Shown here: positions 53,690 to 62,380 of the stretch, one piece after another
Layout: the number at the start of each line of letters is the position of its first letter
Position numbering within the stretch: the first letter of the stretch is position 1
Assembly (NCBI GenBank): GCA_946549035.1
Contig: CAMNQH010000007.1
Span: 7,739 to 71,738, forward strand
Length of the DNA stretch: 64,000 bases
Reading direction: 5' to 3'
Origin: an uncultured Lachnospiraceae bacterium
GTDB taxonomy: Bacteria; Bacillota; Clostridia; Lachnospirales; Lachnospiraceae
Program-made: the position numbers and the translations under genes
Notes under the pieces: model-generated
What the model was told of the DNA's origin: nothing
Database searches by the model: none
Seen by the model: the letters and a program-made list of their open reading frames with translations, nothing else

Positions 53690-54394
53690 TTATACACGAA
53701 GGTCTACCCCAGGAGAACGCTTTTCTTCCTGGTATAAAGCCGCCGCTTTGGCCCGGATTCTCTGCAGCTGCATTTCCTCCGTCTGATCTTTGGGCTGGAC
53801 TTTAGCCGCTTCCTCCCCCGCCTTTTTTATGATTGCTTCCGTAGATTCCGGATTCAGCTCCTTTGCCGCTTCCTCTTCCAGCTTTTCCGTCAATTCTTTC
53901 ATAGATTCCGGATTCAATTCTTCTGTCAGCTCTTCCGTCAATTCTTCCGTCAGCTCTTCTGTCAATTCTTCCACGGCGTCTAGGGCTTCTTCTAACATGC
54001 CGTCGCTCTTCTCCACGCCTGTAGCTTCCTCGATCTGATCTTCTTTCCGCTCTTCCGGAGTCTTGGGCGCCGTCTCTTCCACCGCCTCGGCAATCTTTTC
54101 TCCCTGTTCCCGGGCTTCATCCAAGGTATGCCACATTTGTTCGCTATTATAAGCTGCTTTTGCGGCTGCAATCTGATCTTCATAGGAATGGAACAGTTCC
54201 AGCTTTCTGGCAATCTCTTCCACGGTATCGCATTTCATCTCTTTTAAATTTTCTTTTTGATTTTCAAAAAAATCTACCTGACTCTGGCACTTTGCCTGCC
54301 TCTCCAATTTTTCCTGGGTACTCTTTAAACCGCCTCCCATTGGAGAAAAGCCTCCCGTAAGCCAGGAGCTGGCGCGTTGTAGGTTTACGTTCAT
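53690..54394 (-). CDS. hypothetical acidic protein with EELT tandem repeats
   Basis: 234-aa ORF directly upstream of the kinase (20-nt gap). Strongly Glu-rich. Confidence 0.6.
   Translation of the reverse strand: MNVNLQRASSWLTGGFSPMGGGLKSTQEKLERQAKCQSQVDFFENQKENLKEMKCDTVEEIARKLELFHSYEDQIAAAKAAYNSEQMWHTLDEAREQGEKIAEAVEETAPKTPEERKEDQIEEATGVEKSDGMLEEALDAVEELTEELTEELTEELTEELNPESMKELTEKLEEEAAKELNPESTEAIIKKAGEEAAKVQPKDQTEEMQLQRIRAKAAALYQEEKRSPGVDLRV
53915..53974 (-). repeat. 12-nt tandem repeat (about 5 units) encoding (EELT)n
   Basis: The plus strand reads CAATTCTTCTGT CAGCTCTTCCGT CAATTCTTCCGT CAGCTCTTCTGT CAATTCTTCCAC. Confidence 0.8.
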
Positions 54395-54546
54395 AAAGGT
54401 AGGACCTCCTGTGAATCATGTTATCATTGTTGGTCTGTCTGTTATACATTGTATTTCGGCAAACAGGAGAGAGAGTTTTAGAAACCCTGTTGTGAAACCT
54501 GCTTTTTTTGATGTAAACGAGGCGGTAAACCATCTGCTCTCCTGCA

Positions 54547-55473
54547 TCACGTTTCCTCCTTCCTGTCTTCCGGAAACAACACATGGATATGCAGCATCTG
54601 ATTCTGATACTCGGCTGTAACCGTACCGCCCATTTGCGTCACCAGGGATTTTGCAATGGAAAGGCCAAGCCCTGTGGAGTTTTTTGCATCTTCTACTGTA
54701 TAAAACCGTCCAAACAAACTGGCAGCCTCCACCTCATTCAGCCTGGGAGCCGAATTGCAAAAGGTAATCCGCCCGGTTTCCTCCAGAGACACAAAAAGAT
54801 CCCCGGCGCTGTATTTCATGGCATTACTAATAAGATTGCCAAAGATTCGGGAAAGCCCTTTTTTATTCAAGTTCCGAAGGACTTTTTCCTTAGGCATGGA
54901 AATCACAGGTTCTATTTTGGCTGAACGCAGGGCGCCGTAATAAGCCAGAAGGCTCTCTTCCAGGGCGTCCTGCAAAGATACCTCCTCCCGGCTGCCCAGG
55001 CTGGCGGCAGGATCCTCATATTCCTCCAAAGACAAAGCAGAATATCGAAACAATTCTTCTGTCAGCTGCCGGATCACCTGGGCCCGCTCCTGGATAATGG
55101 AAAGACAGCGGGCCGTCTCCGGGGGAAGCTCTTCCTGCTTTAACAGCTCCAGATACCCTAAAATTGCAGTCAAGGGCGTACGGATATCATGGGAAATCCC
55201 GGTTATTGCTTCTTTCAGTTCTAAATCTCCCTGCTGATACCGATGACGAAGGCTCCTCAGCCTGCGAAGCTGCATGTTTATGGCGTCCGCCAGCCTTCGC
55301 ATGGAAGGGTCCCGGCTGGAAATTCCAATTAAAGTATTGGTGTCTTCCGTAAGACGATATACAAAAGCCTCCCGGATTTCTCCGGCAGACTTTTTCATTA
55401 ACATAATTTTTAAAAGCAGCAGCCAAATAATCAGCACAAGAATCAGTATCACAACCCACAGCCATCCCTCCAC
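54547..55473 (-). CDS. sensor histidine kinase (HisKA + HATPase_c)
   Basis: 308 aa. GTG start behind GGAAGGGGAGAG. One N-terminal transmembrane segment. H-box ISHDIRTPLTAILGY and G-box GLGLSIAK. Confidence 0.9.
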   Translation of the reverse strand: MEGWLWVVILILVLIIWLLLLKIMLMKKSAGEIREAFVYRLTEDTNTLIGISSRDPSMRRLADAINMQLRRLRSLRHRYQQGDLELKEAITGISHDIRTPLTAILGYLELLKQEELPPETARCLSIIQERAQVIRQLTEELFRYSALSLEEYEDPAASLGSREEVSLQDALEESLLAYYGALRSAKIEPVISMPKEKVLRNLNKKGLSRIFGNLISNAMKYSAGDLFVSLEETGRITFCNSAPRLNEVEAASLFGRFYTVEDAKNSTGLGLSIAKSLVTQMGGTVTAEYQNQMLHIHVLFPEDRKEET

Positions 55474-55494
55474 AGAACTCTCCCCTTCCGAAGC

Positions 55495-56337
55495 TTACTT
55501 GATATTTTTCTTATGAAACGCATACAGTCCGATTCCAGTGCTGCCGGCGACAATCAAAATCGAATACAATGCCATCAGCCCGAAACGGGGAGCCTTCATG
55601 GAGGTAATCTGAACGACCTGTCCCCCGGGAAGAAAGTCCAGGAAAAATTCATAGACTTTGCGCCTGGTTCCTCTAAGATATAGGGGATTGGGCTCTTCTA
55701 CCTGATTTTCATCCACTACAACGCCGTCTTCTGACATAGAAATTCTATAGGGAGAATAATATTCCGGCTGTTCCAGCTTGCTATGGATATAAATACCTGC
55801 AATCATAAGCAAAAATACCCCCAATACGCAAATCACTGCTGTAACGGCCCTGCTCTGGCACACCATGGCGACAGCCGTATAAACTGCCGTATAAGCCATC
55901 AGCGACAAGACGCCGCATCCAAACAGCATCAGGATAGCCCCGGATTCGGACTGGAACGAACCAATCAGAGGAACCCCCACCGCAATAGATGGGATCAAAT
56001 ACGCTGCGGTCAAAAGCAGATTTACCATCATACAAACCAGCAGGTTGGTTCCGTAAATATTTCTCCGTTTATGTCCCACTACCAGTTTATTTCGAATCGT
56101 GCCCTCCCCGTACTCCGTCCCTAAAAAGAGGCTGACAAATACCGACATAAAAATCGAAGCAAACATAACAAAGTCAAAAAACGACGTGTCTAAGGTTACC
56201 TCAACATCATAATTCTTCCGCTGTATATACTGGTTCAGCCTGCTATTCACTGCAAAAAATACCATCAGCGCCATTGCGCCCCAAAATACTTTGTTCTTTC
56301 TTACCCTAAGCCATGCGGCCGATATCAGATTACGCAT
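55495..56337 (-). CDS. ABC-2-type transporter permease
   Basis: 280 aa, six hydrophobic spans. 8-nt overlap with the ATPase gene. Confidence 0.8.
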   Translation of the reverse strand: MRNLISAAWLRVRKNKVFWGAMALMVFFAVNSRLNQYIQRKNYDVEVTLDTSFFDFVMFASIFMSVFVSLFLGTEYGEGTIRNKLVVGHKRRNIYGTNLLVCMMVNLLLTAAYLIPSIAVGVPLIGSFQSESGAILMLFGCGVLSLMAYTAVYTAVAMVCQSRAVTAVICVLGVFLLMIAGIYIHSKLEQPEYYSPYRISMSEDGVVVDENQVEEPNPLYLRGTRRKVYEFFLDFLPGGQVVQITSMKAPRFGLMALYSILIVAGSTGIGLYAFHKKNIK

Positions 56338-57244
56338 ATTTCCCGCCTCCTACCAGATTCACATAATAGCTCTCCAGGCTTTCATCCTTTTTGGTGACGG
56401 ACACTACCTTACAGCCCAAAACCGCCAGTTTTTGCACCAATTCCGTAATATCCACATGATCGAAAATATCCGCCTGCTGATTGGAAAGCAGCTTATATTC
56501 CAGGCCCTCTTCTTCCAAAACCCTAGAGAGGAGCGAAAGATCCGACACCTCTATGCGGATGCATTTTTTACAGGCGTCCTCTAATTCCCCGGCGCTGATT
56601 TCTTTTATCATACAGCCGTGGTCAATAAAACCGTAATGGGTAGCCAAACGTGACAGCTCATCTAAAATATGGCTGGAAATCAACACCGTAATCTGCCGCC
56701 TGCGGTTCAGCTTTAAGATCAATTCCCGGATCTCAATAATCCCCTGGGGATCCAGGCCGTTGACAGGCTCATCCAGTACCAGAAAATCAGGATCTCCGCA
56801 AAGGGCTATGGCAATTCCAAGGCGCTGGCGCATACCAAGAGAAAAATTACGCACCTTCTTTTTTCCGGTATCCGCAAGTCCCACTAAAGAAAGAAGCTCC
56901 TCTATTCCGTCCCAGGAGGGCAGGCCCAGCACCCGATACTGTTCCCTTAAATTCTCCCGGGCCGTCATGCCAAGGTACAGAGAAGGCGTTTCCACAACAG
57001 CTCCCATACGCTTTCGCACCTGTGCAATCTCTTTGCTTTTGTAACTGCATCCATAGAGTTGATATTCCCCGGACGTAGGCTGCTGCAGGCCGCAAATCAG
57101 GCGAATCAGGGTGGTCTTTCCCGCGCCGTTTTTTCCCACAAGCCCGTAAATGGCGCCCTTTGGTATATGCATGGTAAGCCCGCTTAACGCTTTAAAATGA
57201 CGATAGCTTTTTCCAAGATTTTGGACAGTCAAACAATCTTCCAT
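56330..57244 (-). CDS. ABC transporter ATP-binding protein (ABC-2 / bacitracin-lantibiotic resistance type)
   Basis: 304 aa. Walker A GKNGAGKTT, signature FSLGMRQR, Walker B VLDEP. Confidence 0.9.
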   Translation of the reverse strand: MEDCLTVQNLGKSYRHFKALSGLTMHIPKGAIYGLVGKNGAGKTTLIRLICGLQQPTSGEYQLYGCSYKSKEIAQVRKRMGAVVETPSLYLGMTARENLREQYRVLGLPSWDGIEELLSLVGLADTGKKKVRNFSLGMRQRLGIAIALCGDPDFLVLDEPVNGLDPQGIIEIRELILKLNRRRQITVLISSHILDELSRLATHYGFIDHGCMIKEISAGELEDACKKCIRIEVSDLSLLSRVLEEEGLEYKLLSNQQADIFDHVDITELVQKLAVLGCKVVSVTKKDESLESYYVNLVGGGKYA

Positions 57245-57335
57245 TGGTCAGTCCTCCTTTTTTTGATGGAATCAGCTTATCACGAAAAGGTTAAGAAAGC
57301 GGTAAAAGAAATCGTAAAGATATGGTTAAGAAAAA

Positions 57336-58010
57336 TTACGGCCCTTCTTTCATTTTAAACCCAATCCCCCACACCGATTCAATATAATCTGCGCCTCCTG
57401 CACCAGAAAGCTTCCGCCTAAGATTGCTCACATGGACTTTCAGAGAGCTTTCCGTGCAATCCGGGGTCTCCTCCTCCAGCCGTTCCAATAAAAGTGATTT
57501 TGGAATCGCCTGGGTAGAATTTTGCATCAAGCATTTTAAAATAGCATACTCCGTCCTGGTAAGGCGCACGGTCTCTTCCTGTACCCGAACCTCATGGGTT
57601 GCCATATCCAGAATCAAATCCCGAAACTTCAATCTGGCAGACGTGCTTTCCCGGGCTTTCCCTCGAAGCTGCACCGTAATCCGCGCCAATAATTCCTGCA
57701 GCTCAAAGGGCTTTGTCATATAATCTGCCGCGCCGCCCAAAAGGAGTTTTACCTTATCTTCAACTCCTGCCTTTGCACTGAGGACAATCACGGGAATCTC
57801 TCCGATTTGAGGCAGGACCTCCTCTCCGCATAGCCCGGGAAGCATCAAATCCAAAAGCGCCAAATCCGGTCTATGGGACTGAAGTACCAGCAGAGCCTCC
57901 GTTCCCGAATAGGCCCGAAGCACCTTACATCCTTGCTTTTTCAATACTTTTTCCAAAAGATCCCCGATGGCAACATCATCGTCAATGATTAAAATCTCTT
58001 TGTCTTCCAT
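57336..58010 (-). CDS. OmpR-family response regulator
   Basis: Start at ATG 58010 (MEDKEILIIDDD...). Receiver domain plus a winged-helix output (LTRTEYAILKCLM...VHVSNLRRKL...IESVWGIGFK). Confidence 0.9.
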   Translation of the reverse strand: MEDKEILIIDDDVAIGDLLEKVLKKQGCKVLRAYSGTEALLVLQSHRPDLALLDLMLPGLCGEEVLPQIGEIPVIVLSAKAGVEDKVKLLLGGAADYMTKPFELQELLARITVQLRGKARESTSARLKFRDLILDMATHEVRVQEETVRLTRTEYAILKCLMQNSTQAIPKSLLLERLEEETPDCTESSLKVHVSNLRRKLSGAGGADYIESVWGIGFKMKEGP

Positions 58011-58075
58011 GTACCGCCTTCCCTTCTGCACAACTAACTTTAAGCCCGGCAGAACAGACTCCTCCAGGCCAAATA

Positions 58076-59173
58076 TTATTTTATGGTATCACTGTGGTTT
58101 AATACCAGGGTACTATATAAAAACAACATGTCACAGTCTGACAAATCAACATACCGGCTGATATGATCCGGGGGAATATACCGGATATCCGCCAAAATAA
58201 TCGTATCATATCCCACAGCCAACAAGGGGGCGAGGCTGGAGCCGAAGGAATCCCGAAAGAGTACCAGCTTTTTTCCTGTCTTAGCCCTGGGATTTTCTAT
58301 GGTAATCAAAGACAGAGAACCGGACAGAAACATTTCATAGGGATCCCGCCCCTTGGCCGCCGTCAAATCATACATGGACAGCTCTCTGTTGTTTTGAAAA
58401 TCATAGATCCGGTATTCCTCCATCCCCTCCCAGGTCAGATACCGTATCGTATCCGGAGATACCGGCAGCGCCGCCTGTCCGTAATATACGCCGTAAAATT
58501 CCTCTGTTTGCGTATGCACCGTGTATGCTCCAAGGCTCTGTACTCCCATGCCCTTAGCCAGGCGCCTGGCCACATCTACAATTCTCTCCTGTCTCCAATG
58601 GGTGTCGGTTCTGTAATAGTCCTCTTCCTCCAACAAATCCGAAATCTTGATATATTCTGCAAAATCCGCTTTTTCAGCCGCCATTTTTTCTATTTCCTCA
58701 TAATCCAGACTCAGATGCCCGCTAAGAGGAGCCAGAAAGCATCCTTTATCCGGAATAATAGAAAGAAACGCCTGATTTCCTTCCCCCAAATAAGTCTCCT
58801 GAATATAACGAAACCGTAACAGGGCCCGGTCCAGAGAAGCTTCATCCAGGGGATATTCCATAGCCGCAAGATATCCGTTTGTCTCATAGACACCATGATT
58901 ATCCCCACGTTGAAACACTTTCGTCGCCGTCAAGGCTTTGATTCTCCGAAACCCTTCCCGATAGGGGAATGCATCTACGGCATAGGATTCAAACCCGGAC
59001 ATAAATCTCCCGCTCCACAGCTCTTGTGCCGACAGCTTCGGCATAGGCGCCAGCCTGCGGCGTTCACTCAGGGAATATTCCTCCTTAGGCAGCAACACAC
59101 AAAGCAAAAATCCTGCCGCCAGAGCCAGAGCAAAGGTTACGCACACCGCCAACGGTCTCTTTTTTCCATCCAT
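58076..59173 (-). CDS. DHHW/AlgX-AlgJ-like SGNH-fold protein (partner of MBOAT acyltransferases)
   Basis: Start at ATG 59173 behind AGGAGGCGCT (MDGKKRPLAVCVTFALALAAGFLL, a signal anchor). Contains YYRTDTHW (the D-x-H-W motif). The track's longer form overlaps the MBOAT gene. Confidence 0.7.
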   Translation of the reverse strand: MDGKKRPLAVCVTFALALAAGFLLCVLLPKEEYSLSERRRLAPMPKLSAQELWSGRFMSGFESYAVDAFPYREGFRRIKALTATKVFQRGDNHGVYETNGYLAAMEYPLDEASLDRALLRFRYIQETYLGEGNQAFLSIIPDKGCFLAPLSGHLSLDYEEIEKMAAEKADFAEYIKISDLLEEEDYYRTDTHWRQERIVDVARRLAKGMGVQSLGAYTVHTQTEEFYGVYYGQAALPVSPDTIRYLTWEGMEEYRIYDFQNNRELSMYDLTAAKGRDPYEMFLSGSLSLITIENPRAKTGKKLVLFRDSFGSSLAPLLAVGYDTIILADIRYIPPDHISRYVDLSDCDMLFLYSTLVLNHSDTIK

Positions 59174-59181
59174 AGCGCCTC

Positions 59182-60576
59182 CTAAAATCGAAAATATAAA
59201 AACGGATTGAAGGATCCATCCACAAGGTATGCGGTAACTGCCAAAAGAAACGCCAAAAGAAACGCCGGCTCTGCTGCTTTCAAAAGCTTTCCTCCCGGCC
59301 TTTGCCATACCCATCCTACAAGGCTTTTGACTGTAGGAACAGCCCCAATTCCCCCTGCCAGAAGTACCAGGCCAAAGCTTTTGAGGCAATACACGGCTTC
59401 CTGGGATACAAGAGGAATCCCCCCTGCTCCAAATAATCCTCCAATCACCGAAAACGCCTGTCTCATATCCGTCTCATTAAAAATGATAAAGCTTACCATC
59501 ACAAAAAACAAGGTATAGACGTGGGACAGCACACGGCTTTTTTCCAGCCCCTTTAGCAGCCACAATTTTTCTATGGTAAGAAGCAGGGCAAAATACAATC
59601 CCCAAAAGATAAAATTCCAGGACGCTCCATGCCAAAAACCCGTCAGCCCCCATACTATGAAAATATGAAGCAGTTGCCGCCCTCGGCCCTTCCTGTTTCC
59701 TCCCAGGGGAATGTATACGTAGTCCCGAAACCAGGACCCTAAAGACATATGCCACCGCCGCCAAAATTCCGTGATACTAAAAGAAGCATAGGGATAATCA
59801 AAATTTTCCGGAAACTGAAATCCAAAGATCTTCCCCAGACCGATGGCCATATCGCTGTACCCGGAAAAATCAAAATAAATATGCAGAATAAGGGCGATTC
59901 CATACAGCCAGCAAAACAATACGGACCTTTCTGTGGTATCCAAAAACACGCTGCAAAGCTCTGCCAACTGGTTGGAAAGAAGAACCTTTTTTGCCAACCC
60001 TATTACAAAACGGCGAATCCCCTCCGCCGCTTTATGCAAGGAATGGTTCCGGCTGTTTAGTTGCCCCGCGATATGAGAATACCGCACAATGGGTCCGGCA
60101 ATCAGCTGGGGAAACATCACGATATACACGACAAAGTTTATGAGATTTTTCTGCGCCCGCTCTCCACGGTAGACGTCTGCGGCATAACTGATCAACTGAA
60201 AGGTATAAAAACTGATACCGATGGGCAGCGAAATCTGTAAAACAGTAACCCCGATTCCAGTAGCCTTACTGAAGTTCTCCAGAAAAAAATTCCAGTACTT
60301 AAAATACAGCAAAAAAGAAAGGCTCGCCGCAACAGATCCTGCCAGGCATATTTTTCCAAAGACCTTGTCCCGGTATCTTTCGAGCAGCAGCCCAAATCCG
60401 AATCCCAGTAATACGCAAGTCCCCATCAGCAACACGTATTTCGGCTCTCCCCAGGCATAGAAAACCATACTTCCCAAAAGAAGAACAGCATTTTTAAACT
60501 TCCTGGGAACCGCAAAATAAACTGCCAGCATACATGGCAGAAAATAATATAAAAATGAAATACTGGAAAATAGCAT
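59182..60576 (-). CDS. MBOAT-family O-acyltransferase (AlgI/DltB-like)
   Basis: Start at ATG 60576 (MLFSSISFLYYFLP...). Polytopic. Conserved FWRRWHMSLGSWFRDYVYIPLGGN and a histidine region (TGFWHGASW). Confidence 0.9.
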   Translation of the reverse strand: MLFSSISFLYYFLPCMLAVYFAVPRKFKNAVLLLGSMVFYAWGEPKYVLLMGTCVLLGFGFGLLLERYRDKVFGKICLAGSVAASLSFLLYFKYWNFFLENFSKATGIGVTVLQISLPIGISFYTFQLISYAADVYRGERAQKNLINFVVYIVMFPQLIAGPIVRYSHIAGQLNSRNHSLHKAAEGIRRFVIGLAKKVLLSNQLAELCSVFLDTTERSVLFCWLYGIALILHIYFDFSGYSDMAIGLGKIFGFQFPENFDYPYASFSITEFWRRWHMSLGSWFRDYVYIPLGGNRKGRGRQLLHIFIVWGLTGFWHGASWNFIFWGLYFALLLTIEKLWLLKGLEKSRVLSHVYTLFFVMVSFIIFNETDMRQAFSVIGGLFGAGGIPLVSQEAVYCLKSFGLVLLAGGIGAVPTVKSLVGWVWQRPGGKLLKAAEPAFLLAFLLAVTAYLVDGSFNPFLYFRF

Positions 60577-61217
60577 TACAAAAGTTCCCATAGAAGGCGC
60601 CGGTTTCCCGCCGCCCATAGCACGTCAGAGTTAGTGGAAGGGATTCTTATTATGGATTCCTCCTGAATCGCTTTGGCCCCCTCCAAAGCCGACAGGGCAT
60701 TGTTTTTAAACAGTTCTATCAATTCCGCGTTCCCAAAGGCGGTAATTAAATAGGACTTGCCCACCTGAATCATAATCAATGTATCCGGCTGGCCGCATAA
60801 CCATTGCGTCCCTTTGATATGAGAAGCCACCGCTTCCGCCAAACCTTCCACATCCGTGCCTTCCTTTAATTGATAACATGCTCCTGTAAAGGTATTGGCA
60901 TTCATCATATGCACCATAGACGCCGCGTCTTCTACATTGGAAAGCTGATCCTTAGGCATCCCCAGGTTCATTTCCATCTCATCTGCTTTCGTGAGATCAA
61001 ATTTACCCGGCGCATCCATCACTGCCTGCTCTTGGTTTCCCCCATACATTGCAAAAAGCTCCTCCGCTTCATAGGATGCAACCACCGTCTTTAATACCTC
61101 CAAGGGATCCTCATAAGGAGACGCTTCTTGTCCGTCTTCGGCTCCTTTTTTGCCTCCGCAGCCCCAAAGTCCCAAAAGCAAAATAAATGCTGCACATAAT
61201 AATACTGTTTTTTTCAT
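60576..61217 (-). CDS. lipoprotein of unknown function
   Basis: Start at ATG 61217 (MKKTVLLCAAFILLLGLWGC|GG lipobox). The stop overlaps the MBOAT start (TAATG). Confidence 0.65.
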   Translation of the reverse strand: MKKTVLLCAAFILLLGLWGCGGKKGAEDGQEASPYEDPLEVLKTVVASYEAEELFAMYGGNQEQAVMDAPGKFDLTKADEMEMNLGMPKDQLSNVEDAASMVHMMNANTFTGACYQLKEGTDVEGLAEAVASHIKGTQWLCGQPDTLIMIQVGKSYLITAFGNAELIELFKNNALSALEGAKAIQEESIIRIPSTNSDVLWAAGNRRLLWELL

Positions 61218-61276
61218 GGTTTCGTATTCCTTTCCAAATGATTTACCACTTATTATATACAAAATCTCCCGGTTTA

Positions 61277-62020
61277 TCAAAAAGGGTGATCTTTCCACTG
61301 CATGCGTTCCATGTAGTCTAAATACTTCTTTACAAACCCGGCGTACTTCTGTTTTGCCATAGGGATCTGGCTTTTGTCCTCTAAAAAAACGGTCTGGGCG
61401 TTATATTTTTCCACACATTCCAAACGCACCAGATAAGAGCGGTGAACCCGTGCAAAGTCTTCTCCCAGTTCCGCCTCCAGCTCCGACAGCCGTTTATAAT
61501 ATTCCAGATTTCCGTCTCGTTTATGGAGAATTACTTTCCGGTTATAGACCTCCGCGTACAAAATCTCCTCTGGAAAGACTCGGATACAAGCGCCCTTCGT
61601 TTTCACCAGCAGTTGCTTTCTGTCTGAAAAACGATCCTTCGCCGTCTCTTTTACGCGTTCCTCTTCCCACTGCCTGACCGCCCCCAAAAGCACCTCTTGA
61701 AACTTCTCTTCCGGAAAAGGCTTTACCAAATAGTGAAACGCTTTTACATCAAAGGCCTGAAATACATACTCCTCCAACGCCGTAAGAAACACAAGAATCT
61801 GACCCTTCCTATGCTCCCGCAGCCTTCTGGCTACCGTCATTCCATCTGTTCCCGGCATCTGAATATCCAAAAATAAAATATCGGTTCCCGCCTTATCAGA
61901 CAATACTTCCTCTCCGGAACTGTACAGCTTGAGCTTCGCCTGGGGGATGGTCTTTTGTATCTTCTCTGCAATATCCTTAAGAACTTCTCTTTCATCGTCA
62001 CAAATCCCGATGCTTGGCAT
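61277..62020 (-). CDS. LytTR-family response regulator
   Basis: 247 aa with a GGAGGACGTC ribosome-binding site. Receiver domain (ILFLDIQMPGTDG) plus a LytTR domain (ILYAEVYNRKVILHK...RVHRSYLVRL). Confidence 0.9.
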   Translation of the reverse strand: MPSIGICDDEREVLKDIAEKIQKTIPQAKLKLYSSGEEVLSDKAGTDILFLDIQMPGTDGMTVARRLREHRKGQILVFLTALEEYVFQAFDVKAFHYLVKPFPEEKFQEVLLGAVRQWEEERVKETAKDRFSDRKQLLVKTKGACIRVFPEEILYAEVYNRKVILHKRDGNLEYYKRLSELEAELGEDFARVHRSYLVRLECVEKYNAQTVFLEDKSQIPMAKQKYAGFVKKYLDYMERMQWKDHPF

Positions 62021-62032
62021 GACGTCCTCCTT

Positions 62033-62281
62033 CTATTTTTTACCCATAAAAGCATCCATAGCATTCACGTTTTTCGCCATTGCCACAATAGTATCCTTCT
62101 CTTTTGCAAGATAGTCCTCCAGCTTTTGCACTTCATGGGAAGTAAATCCCCGATTGGAAATCACTTTCCCTTCCGGCAGCCTCAATTCGGCGCTCCGTTT
62201 TTCATCACTGAACAGGACATAGATATATTTTCCTCCGTCTTTTCCCACAATAGATGATACGGACATTTTCAGTTCTCCCAT
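62033..62281 (-). CDS. small hypothetical protein
   Basis: 82-aa ORF 12 nt upstream of the LytTR gene on the same strand. No family recognised. An internal ATG at 62266 is an alternative start. Confidence 0.45.
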   Translation of the reverse strand: MGELKMSVSSIVGKDGGKYIYVLFSDEKRSAELRLPEGKVISNRGFTSHEVQKLEDYLAKEKDTIVAMAKNVNAMDAFMGKK

Positions 62282-62380
62282 GGATTGTTACACCTTCCCT
62301 TTTTCTATAAAATGGAAAAAGGAAGCCTGCCGCCCCGCAAGCTCCCTCCTTCCAACTTCCTGCCATTTCCAGTCTAAATT

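Noticed and set aside
54264-54584. 106-aa minus-strand ORF bridging the HK gene end and the acidic protein start.
   Set aside because: It overlaps both neighbours out of frame and has no ribosome-binding site or recognisable features. The region is better explained as an intergenic promoter for 53690..54394.
58163-58819. 218-aa plus-strand ORF.
   Set aside because: It is antisense to the DHHW/AlgX-like gene, with no motifs.
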